Virus record (IMG/VR): IMGVR_UViG_3300007965_000002 | Coordinates: 25,862-89,861 of that record | DNA: 64,000 nt | DNA from: a virus | Taxonomy: Duplodnaviria; Caudoviricetes | Direction: 5' to 3' (one strand) | In this document: in pieces, positions 38,047 through 46,513 of the stretch | Numbering within the stretch: the stretch's first letter is position 1 | Layout: each line of letters starts with the position of its first letter | The notes under the pieces: model-generated | Seen by the model: the letters and a program-made list of their open reading frames with translations, nothing else | Told to the model about the DNA's origin: nothing | Databases searched by the model: none | Position numbers and translations under genes: made by a program

Positions 38047-38531
38047 TTTACAAAATACTCCGCTTTTGTTGTTTCTAGTAGGCTTTCAAATAGGAATACA
38101 ACTACTTGCATTTCACCTTTATTAAATGTAATGTTTGGTTCTGGTATTTTGTATTCTACTGGTAAATCTTCTACATTGAGAGCAACCAACCATTTACCTC
38201 TGTCTTTCTTAAATACTAGCATTGGCATAGCATTCATTTGAATAGACTCTCGTACTGTTTGTTCCCAGAACTTTTCTAATTGGGAGACTGTAGTATTGAA
38301 TAGATTACTATTAACTACGTCATCTTTATAGTGCTTTACTTCAATAGTGAAAGCAGCTATTTTACCTGTAGGGGTAGGGAGATAAATATCCCCCTTTAAC
38401 CCATGTGAAGCACCAAATCCACCAGAACCAGGAACTCTATCCCACTCTAGCTTAGTTGCTTCTCTAAGCATGTCTCTTACTGCATATTCTGCACGTTGGC
38501 CTTTAGCCCTTGAATCAACTCCAGTCGCCAT
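38043..38531 (-). CDS. D14: D14-like Holliday-junction-resolvase-type nuclease
   Basis: DSRAKGQRAE, RVPGSG, KGDIY, IEVKHY. Confidence 0.9.
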   Translation of the reverse strand: MATGVDSRAKGQRAEYAVRDMLREATKLEWDRVPGSGGFGASHGLKGDIYLPTPTGKIAAFTIEVKHYKDDVVNSNLFNTTVSQLEKFWEQTVRESIQMNAMPMLVFKKDRGKWLVALNVEDLPVEYKIPEPNITFNKGEMQVVVFLFESLLETTKAEYFVK

Positions 38532-40638
38532 TCTCTAACCTCGATATGTTATTCTCCTTTATAACTTTTAATACCTCTACTAGAGGATGCTGGTAGTTGT
38601 GACTAACAACAAAAGTGTTTAGGTTATGTTCTTTAATTAAGACCTCTATTAAATCTTCCATGCCTTCTTCGTCAATAGTAGAGACTACCTCGTCTAGGAA
38701 TAATGCATTCAAGCTATTCTTAGATACTGCTGACATTAGGCTTCTAATAGATAGAAGTGTTGATATGTTTACTTTACTAAGTTCACCGGAACTAAGTGTT
38801 CTTATGTTAACTTGTTTACCAGAGGAGAACATTATTACTTTAAGATTAGCTTCATCCAGTTCAAATCCTAAAGCGAACTTCCCACCAGAAATACTAGATA
38901 GGTATTCGTTAACTTTATTCTCAAATACCTTTACACAGGATTCTAGCTTATAAGCTATTAAACCTTTCGGTCCGAATATCTTAGCTAGTACATCTATGTT
39001 AGTTAATCTAGTTTGTAAGGTTACTTTATCTTGCATAATACCTTTAAGTTCTACTACAGCTTTATTATAGGATTCTTGAAGAATATCGAGTTTCATATTG
39101 TTCTTAGCAGCTTCGATATTATATTCTTGAGCACGTTTAATTAGTTTATCTCTTTCTATAATATCTAACCTAAGCTCGGCTATAGTTTTGTCTATAGATG
39201 TTATCTCTGCTTTAAGTGCTTCTGATTCCTCTTTTATATTTATTGTCGGTTTTGCACTTAGTAAATCTACCATCGGTTTTGCACTTAGTAAATTAGTCAT
39301 CGGTTTTGCACTTAGGACAGCTTCAATATTTGCCCCTAAGCTTTTTGCAAATTCTGCTTGTTTCTTTGCTAAAGATTTCTCAGCGTATACTACAGCTTGT
39401 TCTGCTACTTCAAAACTATATTTTGCATCTTTATACAATTTACTCTCTAAGGATAGGCTCTTATGTTCACGCTGTAACGCTACTAATTCTGCTTGTAAAC
39501 TATCTCTTTGTGACTTACATTGTATAAATAGCTGCTTCTTATTCTCTGCTTCCTTTGCTGCCTGTGCTTTATCTAATGGTGAATTACACGCAGTACATAT
39601 AGTCTCTAAGGCATCAGCAGTAAATGTTTTGTAAAGCTTTTTAGTCTCATCCATATCCCATTGAAGTTTTCGTATAGTCTCCTCAAGGCGCGAAATAGCA
39701 TCACTTATAGATGAAATATTAGATTCATCAGGTGGCTTCAACGTATCTAAGTATTCCTTAGATTGCTTAGCTTCAGGGATTAGTTTATTATCTAAGATAT
39801 TAATATCATTATCTATACTTTGACATATGGCTTCTTGTCGATTCCACTCTTGTAGCTTATGTTTATGAATCTCTGCATCTTTAAGCGCATTAGCCTTTTC
39901 CGTATCTACACGTTCTTGCAAGTTATCAAGACTATTACGTGCTATAGATTTAGCCTCACTAAGCTTTAGAATACCATCATGGTACTTATCCGCTAAGGAC
40001 TCAGGTACTTCTATCTCTAACATAACATCAGGTATAATAGTACTTTTAATAGTAGCTTCTAACCTATCTGATTCCCTAGTAAGATTAGTCATGGTATTAG
40101 CCACATCCTTTCTTTCTTCCTTTATTCTAGTTTCTATACTAGGATACTTTTCAAGGTTAAGTAGATTGATTAAGAACTTTTTACGATTACCATCTGTAGC
40201 AGTTAGGAAGTCTAAGCTTGAAGTAAGAGATTGATAAACTAGTTTGGAGAATGTGGTCATATCCATACCTAGTATATCAGCTACTATCTTATAAGTTTGT
40301 GTGGCTGTATGTCCACCTATATTAACGCCATCAGACATTAATGTTACTTTTGCTGTGGTCTTAACTACTTTCTCAATACTATATGGTGTTCCATTTACTT
40401 TGAAGTCTAGCTTCATAGTATACTCGGTAGCTCCTGAGAATCTATTAAGTATATCCCCTTTTGCAACACCCTTTGAGTTTTTATTGTAAAGTATTTCTTC
40501 TAGTATTAATGGGATCGAGCTTTTACCAGAACCATTCTTACCTACTAATTGAGTTGTAACATTTTTAGCTAAGTCAATTTCAATATTATCCCCAAAAGGT
40601 AGGCAATTACTAAATTGTAACTTACCTAATTCAATCAT
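38515..40638 (-). CDS. D13: SbcC/Rad50-like ATPase
   Basis: GKNGSGKS, central CTAC hook, LSSGE, LFLDE. Confidence 0.93.
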   Translation of the reverse strand: MIELGKLQFSNCLPFGDNIEIDLAKNVTTQLVGKNGSGKSSIPLILEEILYNKNSKGVAKGDILNRFSGATEYTMKLDFKVNGTPYSIEKVVKTTAKVTLMSDGVNIGGHTATQTYKIVADILGMDMTTFSKLVYQSLTSSLDFLTATDGNRKKFLINLLNLEKYPSIETRIKEERKDVANTMTNLTRESDRLEATIKSTIIPDVMLEIEVPESLADKYHDGILKLSEAKSIARNSLDNLQERVDTEKANALKDAEIHKHKLQEWNRQEAICQSIDNDINILDNKLIPEAKQSKEYLDTLKPPDESNISSISDAISRLEETIRKLQWDMDETKKLYKTFTADALETICTACNSPLDKAQAAKEAENKKQLFIQCKSQRDSLQAELVALQREHKSLSLESKLYKDAKYSFEVAEQAVVYAEKSLAKKQAEFAKSLGANIEAVLSAKPMTNLLSAKPMVDLLSAKPTINIKEESEALKAEITSIDKTIAELRLDIIERDKLIKRAQEYNIEAAKNNMKLDILQESYNKAVVELKGIMQDKVTLQTRLTNIDVLAKIFGPKGLIAYKLESCVKVFENKVNEYLSSISGGKFALGFELDEANLKVIMFSSGKQVNIRTLSSGELSKVNISTLLSIRSLMSAVSKNSLNALFLDEVVSTIDEEGMEDLIEVLIKEHNLNTFVVSHNYQHPLVEVLKVIKENNISRLENGDWS
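39244..39315 (-). repeat. 27-bp tandem repeat x3 in D13 (LSAKP(M/T))
   Basis: CATCGGTTTTGCACTTAG units with period 27. Confidence 0.9.
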
Positions 40639-41620
40639 TATAGTCGTCCAGAATCACAATATTGTGAAGCTCTGATATTAAATCAGCTGTATCATCGGTA
40701 GATAATCCTAGTATAGCCGTACAGTACGCACTAACCTCATTAGGTATATCTCCATCTAATCCCGGTAGCTTAGCGTCTTTACTAATACCAGTATTTATTT
40801 TCTTATCTAATAGCTCAGAGTTATCTACTTTACCTAATGCAATAACATCACCAACTAACTCATAAACTATTCTGTGGAAGTTATCTGCTACTATCTTATC
40901 TGTTGAGTCAACTGTGCGTCTAACTAACTGTGGTAGCCCAGTTAACTCTACCCATTCAGTATTACCAGTATCGGTATCTACTATAAAAACTCCATGTGTT
41001 GACTTTGGAATTTCTCTTGAGAAAGAAGTATTGAAAGGAGAGCCTGGATAAAGTAACGGGATGTTTGGGGTGTTTTGGCAACATTCTACAGAGTGGAGAT
41101 CTCCCGCAATAACCTGATTATACCCGTGTTCTTCAAATCTATTTAGTGAAATCTCTGGCTTCACGTGAGGGTCTATAGCCCCACGAACATGTGTAAAACA
41201 AATCGTCGATAGTGCAGGCACCCACGTCTTTTTGTGTAACTCAGTATAGTCAATAATATCGAAGTCTTTAGAACGATATGGCTCTGTAATAACTCTAGCA
41301 TAGGGATTACATCTAGAAGTTTCTGCTGCTAAGCTAGTTAAGCAGCTTTGTGAGTTTTTTAACATTTCATGATTACCAGAGTATAGTAAAATATCACCAG
41401 TTAGTCGGGCAATACACTCAAAGTATAAATCTAAATCGTCTGTTGATGGGTTAGCTACATCTAGTATGTCCCCACCAATAATATGTAATTCGCAATTATG
41501 TTCTTTGTAAATAGCATTTATAGCGTCTACCATTAGTAGGAATCTATTTCTTTGCCATTCATCGGGAATATTGCGCTTCCCTAATTTTATATGCCAATCG
41601 GCACTGAATAGTATTTTCAA
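40631..41620 (-). CDS. D12: SbcD/Mre11-like nuclease
   Basis: SADWH, GGDILD, GNHE, THVRG, GDLH, YPGSP. Confidence 0.93.
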   Translation of the reverse strand: MKILFSADWHIKLGKRNIPDEWQRNRFLLMVDAINAIYKEHNCELHIIGGDILDVANPSTDDLDLYFECIARLTGDILLYSGNHEMLKNSQSCLTSLAAETSRCNPYARVITEPYRSKDFDIIDYTELHKKTWVPALSTICFTHVRGAIDPHVKPEISLNRFEEHGYNQVIAGDLHSVECCQNTPNIPLLYPGSPFNTSFSREIPKSTHGVFIVDTDTGNTEWVELTGLPQLVRRTVDSTDKIVADNFHRIVYELVGDVIALGKVDNSELLDKKINTGISKDAKLPGLDGDIPNEVSAYCTAILGLSTDDTADLISELHNIVILDDYND

Positions 41621-41693
41621 GTTATATTATCCTTTATATTTATAATACCTGCACGCGGGTGTTTAAGTACTAGGTAGAATGCGGTGGTAATTT

Positions 41694-41900
41694 TTACCAT
41701 CTAATACCCTCTTTAAAGCCTTCGTCTAAGGTATATACTTCACCATCATCTCTACGTACAACACTAAGTGTTTTGGGATTGCCTTTAATAATTTCATTTA
41801 AGTATTTGGTTAACTGACTTTTAGTTAACATACCCTCGTATCTTTGAGTTGAATTATTAGAACAGGTGAACATTACTAGTAAGTTATATTTAGCTTCCAT
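41694..41900 (-). CDS. Hypothetical protein
   Basis: 68-aa ORF coupled to upstream gene. Confidence 0.6.
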   Translation of the reverse strand: MEAKYNLLVMFTCSNNSTQRYEGMLTKSQLTKYLNEIIKGNPKTLSVVRRDDGEVYTLDEGFKEGIRW

Positions 41901-42259
41901 TATTTAATACCTCTTAAATATCCCGCAAGTGTTTGTATCTTCTTCTCTAAAGCCAGTACTAATGCTACCTTACTAGGATCATTTGCCTGATACTTTAATT
42001 CTTTTAGTAGTGGGGAAATAGAATATATTACATTAATCTCTCTTTCATGCATACTTTCCAGCATGTCCTGTTTAATACTTTCATTATAAATAAACATGGC
42101 TTCTGCATCAGAAAGATTATCTTGATAGTGATCGGGGAAATACCTAATATAACGTAGTTCTGGGATAGTTGCTTTGACAGCTTTAAGAGGTTTATCTCCT
42201 TCTTTAAGAGGTGGTTCTTCAATAATAGATATGTTTATTAGGTCTTTTAAAGATTTCAT
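41900..42259 (-). CDS. Hypothetical protein
   Basis: 119-aa ORF with GGAG RBS. Confidence 0.65.
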   Translation of the reverse strand: MKSLKDLINISIIEEPPLKEGDKPLKAVKATIPELRYIRYFPDHYQDNLSDAEAMFIYNESIKQDMLESMHEREINVIYSISPLLKELKYQANDPSKVALVLALEKKIQTLAGYLRGIK

Positions 42260-42268
42260 AGTTACTCC

Positions 42269-42295
42269 AAAAAGAAAAGGGAGCCGAAGCTCCCT
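42269..42295 (-). terminator. Terminator after D11
   Basis: AGGGAGC-TTCG-GCTCCCT plus T-run on - strand. Confidence 0.85.
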
Positions 42296-42302
42296 AAGTT
42301 AT

Positions 42303-43016
42303 TTAGTCTTCAAGCTCGTTAATAGCTTCTTGACTTGCTTCGTGCGTAGAGTTACCATCAGCATCTTCTTCTTTAGCTTCTTTCTCACCAGACATCCAAG
42401 ACGCTAAAGCTGCTTTGACTTCGTCGTATGTTGGGCGCGGGAATAAGCTAGAAATATCATCGCATTCGTCAATAAGTAATTGGTCTGCGGCACGTTCTTC
42501 GTCAGTTTGCTTGTAAGCACCACACTTTAACTGCTGAACAGTATATTTTGTGTCACTCCAAGTTGAACCTGTTTTCTGAACAAAGATATCGAAGTCTAAT
42601 GGAGACTTACCTAATTGAGCTGCTGTATCGCTAGTACCATCGAAGATTGATTTTTTAAGGTCAATTGCTTCTACTTTACCAGTTGCGCGATTAATAGCTA
42701 GACACACATAAGCACGTTTGCACTTTAATGGGACTAACTTACCAGCATCTTTTCCTTCACCTTTCTGCGTTAATCCCGCTTCACGGATAGGGTCTTTAGC
42801 TGAGTTATCAAAGCGCTCTGTTGCACGATTAAATGCTAAACATTCGAAAGTACGTGGCTTACCCTCTGCGTTATTAACCCAGTATACGTAACGAGGTACG
42901 ATACCGCTGATAATACGGAATTGGTTATCTTTTTGAAACTTCATAAACGGTAGGCCGTTCTTTGCTGCTTCGCCTTTAGATTCGCCCCATGCAAGTGCTT
43001 GATTAGTTTGTGTCAT
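42303..43016 (-). CDS. D11: D11-like ssDNA-binding protein
   Basis: RIISGIVPRYVYW, FECLAFNR, acidic C-terminal tail. Confidence 0.9.
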   Translation of the reverse strand: MTQTNQALAWGESKGEAAKNGLPFMKFQKDNQFRIISGIVPRYVYWVNNAEGKPRTFECLAFNRATERFDNSAKDPIREAGLTQKGEGKDAGKLVPLKCKRAYVCLAINRATGKVEAIDLKKSIFDGTSDTAAQLGKSPLDFDIFVQKTGSTWSDTKYTVQQLKCGAYKQTDEERAADQLLIDECDDISSLFPRPTYDEVKAALASWMSGEKEAKEEDADGNSTHEASQEAINELED

Positions 43017-43363
43017 TTAGTATTTCCTTCTGTTTTGAATATTAAGTTAGGTTGGTTTATTTCGATTAGTGGATTGTTTTCGACAACATATTTGGAAACC
43101 CAAGGCGGTATTCTTGAAATATGGAGATTAGTTTTCTGTGTTAGTTTATAGTCCGAGTATAACCTTAGACTGCATAAACCTACAAATTCAGCTTTTTCGC
43201 GATCAGAATACTTGTCGCTAAACAAGATTGCGGTATTAACTAAGAAGTTTAAACCTAGTAGATTCTGATAATTTCCGAGAGCACGAGCTTGTAGGTATTT
43301 GACAATTAGCGAGCTATCGCCTTTTGATAGTAAATATATTGCGGAGTAATTGAATAAGATCAT
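43013..43363 (-). CDS. Conserved T5-like hypothetical protein (start likely ATG 43363)
   Basis: MILFNYSAIYLLSKGDS; synteny between D10 and D11. Confidence 0.7.
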   Translation of the reverse strand: MILFNYSAIYLLSKGDSSLIVKYLQARALGNYQNLLGLNFLVNTAILFSDKYSDREKAEFVGLCSLRLYSDYKLTQKTNLHISRIPPWVSKYVVENNPLIEINQPNLIFKTEGNTK

Positions 43364-43587
43364 ATTATACAAGATTATAATCAAGTTGTAAAGAAGAATT
43401 TAACTTTTATTTCAACATCGTTATACCCTTTGTCCCCTTTGCTATTTCGATATAAATATTATACTTTAATCTAAGTAGCCAGTAAAGCAATTTTTAAAAC
43501 TAATTGCTTTACTGTGTTTTCAGAGCTAGAGACTTTTTCCCTCAAACTTTAAGAAACTATTATACAAACTATTTAGCATTTAGTAAA
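43364..43587 (-). promoter_or_regulatory. Three tandem early promoters
   Basis: TTTAC(A/T)-17-TATAAT at 43392-43364, 43486-43458, 43587-43559. Confidence 0.75.
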
Positions 43588-43601
43588 GAACTTATTCAGT
43601 A

Positions 43602-44603
43602 TTATTTACCCTGCAATAGTTCAGCCATATTAGTATCAGTCATTGGTATAATGTTCCATTCGTTCTTTGCGTAGCAAGCATATCTCATAGATCTATGTCT
43701 AGTACCTGTTTGTCCTCCAAGCCCAATATCAACTATAACTGGGTCTAACTTGTCACTTGTAATACGCATAATACGTCCAGCTAACTGCTCTACAAGAGAT
43801 TCATTATTAGTAGAAGTTGTATTCACTAAACAAGATAACTCATTTAGAGAAACACCCTCAGAGAATATAGAAATACTAGCATTTAAAGCTGTTGGTGGCC
43901 CATTAGCTACTGCTGCCATGATTTTATTTCTATTCTCTAGCTTACTAGTCTCTCCCTGACCAATTATAAGGTAAGACCCCTCTATATTCTCATGAATCCA
44001 TTCCAAGAACTCTACCCTATCAGATACTACTAATACCTTGTGCCCCATATCAATATAGGCTCTAGTTAGGTTTAGTACTAGCTCTCTATACTTAGGATTC
44101 TCAATTAATTCATTTATTCTATGTGCCCATGGCGTAGCCATGTTACCAGGGATAGGAATCTTAGTAGAATACCCATGTATTACTGGTTTTATAGTATTGC
44201 TAACTGCTGGAATAAATACTTTCTCACTGAAGTAACCTCTAAAAGTGGCTTCAAGTCCATCTTTACGTTTCAGTGTACCTGTTAGTCCAATAGTATATCT
44301 AGCTCTACTTTCATCGATAATTTGAGTAAATGTAGCAGCACAACAGTGATGGGCTTCATCTATTACTAGTATACCGAACTTAGCACTTAGCGCCACACCA
44401 TGCTTTCTTACTGTTTGTATATTAGCTATTACTATTGGTGGGTCAATATTGAACTTACCCGAACCAATGATTCCTGGAGTAAACCCAAACCACTTCTTTA
44501 CTTCTGCTACCCATTGATCTCTAATAGTTGTTGTTGTACATACTACTAGTGTTTTTTGTTGTAGTTTATGTGCGATAGCTAATGCTGTAATTGTCTTACC
44601 GAA
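43602..44603 (-). CDS. D10: D10 SF2 helicase, exon 2
   Basis: Begins FGKT; DEAHH, GLTGT, SEGV, QLAGR; spliced product 452 aa. Confidence 0.92.
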   Translation of the reverse strand, partial: FGKTITALAIAHKLQQKTLVVCTTTTIRDQWVAEVKKWFGFTPGIIGSGKFNIDPPIVIANIQTVRKHGVALSAKFGILVIDEAHHCCAATFTQIIDESRARYTIGLTGTLKRKDGLEATFRGYFSEKVFIPAVSNTIKPVIHGYSTKIPIPGNMATPWAHRINELIENPKYRELVLNLTRAYIDMGHKVLVVSDRVEFLEWIHENIEGSYLIIGQGETSKLENRNKIMAAVANGPPTALNASISIFSEGVSLNELSCLVNTTSTNNESLVEQLAGRIMRITSDKLDPVIVDIGLGGQTGTRHRSMRYACYAKNEWNIIPMTDTNMAELLQGK

Positions 44604-45623
44604 CAAGACTTATGTTACATGTACCCCGTTAGGTACACTCTCTAGATTTCTCTAGAGTTCGGACTATATCTTCAATATTATTAATACTATTTATTAGTAT
44701 AAACTCTATATTTTGTTCCCTACACCATAGCTTCTTTTCCTCTATATTATTGGAATAGTCTTCAGTGCTTTGTAGGTTACCAGAGGTTACTTCTATTATA
44801 GTATTAAGTTGTTCTGAATAGAAATCTGCAATCCAACGTCGTTTAGTATTACCTATACACGCATAAGGTACCTGTATCTCAAATGATTCATCTAAATATT
44901 TATCTTCTACTAACTGCTCTATACATGATATATTAGAATTACATATATCACACCGCAATCCTTTCCCTTTAGAGAAAAGATGACCTAAAGTCGTAGTTGA
45001 GTATTTCTTAGTATGTGAACACTTTAAAAATTTTACAGTACAGTACGCCTGTGTAGTTTCTTTATTATAACCCAAATACTCTACAACCTCCACTAGCTTT
45101 AAATATGCGGGTGGACGCCTACTATTTATCTGGGCTACCTTAACTTCGTCAGGTATATTCTTCTGTGCACCATTACATATTCCACAAAATATGTTACCTT
45201 TCTTATGCCAGCGTATAAACGTTTGGTCTTGAATTTCTGTGGTGTAATTACAGTTGGAGCAAAGTATACTCCTAGACGTATAGTTACTATATCGTATAGA
45301 CTTTAATACTTCTACTTTCATTTGTTTTGCACGGTCTAAACATACACTTGATGTTGGTATTTCTTTCATTTTATATTGCTCCCCGTTTCGCCACCCGTTA
45401 GTAGCTACTCTATTTCTAGATAGTCTCTGAACTTTATTCTTGATATTATTTTACCAAAACTAAATGGATTTGTAAATAATATTATTAGAATCTTAGCTGC
45501 TGATTGCCCAATCAACTTAATTTTCAAACATTCACGCTCACTATTTCTAGTCACGTTGTAGTTTAAGTTGCTCTAAGGGGGTTCCAGCAATTAAAGGAGT
45601 TTATACCAAGCCTCGGATTTCTA
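44604..45623 (-). mobile_element. Group I intron (IA2-type), 1020 nt, in D10
   Basis: P AATTGCTGGAA (45592-45582), Q AATCAGCAGC (45505-45496), R GTTCAGAGACTA (45432-45421), S AAGATATAGTC (44672-44662), P1 with U.G, P10, terminal G. Confidence 0.93.
44629..45369 (-). CDS. Intron-encoded putative homing endonuclease (two Zn ribbons plus PD-(D/E)xK / Vsr-like domain)
   Basis: CSNC..CGIC, CSH..CDIC; SCIEQ...WIADFY...IIEVT. Confidence 0.8.
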   Translation of the reverse strand: MKEIPTSSVCLDRAKQMKVEVLKSIRYSNYTSRSILCSNCNYTTEIQDQTFIRWHKKGNIFCGICNGAQKNIPDEVKVAQINSRRPPAYLKLVEVVEYLGYNKETTQAYCTVKFLKCSHTKKYSTTTLGHLFSKGKGLRCDICNSNISCIEQLVEDKYLDESFEIQVPYACIGNTKRRWIADFYSEQLNTIIEVTSGNLQSTEDYSNNIEEKKLWCREQNIEFILINSINNIEDIVRTLEKSRECT

Positions 45624-45980
45624 ACCTGGTTTACCGTTGATAATACAGGAATCCTCAAACTCATTGTATATAGATTCTTGATCCCCCCGGAGTGTAAATG
45701 TAGGTGCTGGTATCTCTGCTGGTACTACACTACGTTTATCAATAATAACGTATTCATCTGCTGCTAATACATCCTTTACATAATCTATATTACCTAAAGG
45801 TGCCCACCATACATCTTTGGCTACCTTACCAATACGTTTAACAAATCTAGGTTGCGTACTCATTCCCATAGATTCTATTTGGTATGTTAGCGCCTTTTCT
45901 AATATTGCCAGTTTCTTATTATCTGTACAATTAAAAAATAACTTGTTTGATAATACTAGCTTCTTTATATCTTTCTCCAC
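45624..45980 (-). CDS. D10: D10 SF2 helicase, exon 1
   Basis: Ends LRGDQ...IINGKPG at the 5' splice site. Confidence 0.92.
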
Positions 45981-46465
45981 TCTACCTCCTTAGTAGGTTT
46001 GGTGTTGCTTGTATCAAATATATGACGGCCTCCCTTGTAAGAGATTATACCTAAGTAATTATACGGCTCTTGTGTCACAAAATGATAAGGCTCTCCTTGT
46101 ACTATGGCAGCATAGAATTGTCCATCTGCACTTACTATATTTTTACAAGGTTTCCATTCTACTTTAGTAAGTTCTTTAGGTTTATACGTGGTAATATGAC
46201 CAGTACTATCAATGAACTTATTGTACTTTAATAATCTATAGGTTTTATTTACCTGTATTACTGTAGTACACTTATATTTTAATGGGTATATTTTATATTC
46301 ATACTCTCTAGCTAGCATTAGTACTCTACGCTCTAGAAAGCTATCTGAATCAATATTCTTATCATCTAGCACATATCTAGTATAAAAGGTATTAATATAT
46401 ACTATATTATCTATTTCTTCTATTAACTCATATTGTCTTAGTGCGAATACTGGATATTTAATCAA
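45965..46465 (-). CDS. Conserved T5-like hypothetical protein between pol and D10
   Basis: 166 aa, IKYPVFALR, KFIDSTG. Confidence 0.75.
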   Translation of the reverse strand: MIKYPVFALRQYELIEEIDNIVYINTFYTRYVLDDKNIDSDSFLERRVLMLAREYEYKIYPLKYKCTTVIQVNKTYRLLKYNKFIDSTGHITTYKPKELTKVEWKPCKNIVSADGQFYAAIVQGEPYHFVTQEPYNYLGIISYKGGRHIFDTSNTKPTKEVEWRKI

Positions 46466-46513
46466 TTATTTACTCCCAGAAGCAAGAAAGGACGCTTGCG
46501 CGTCCCTTCTGAG

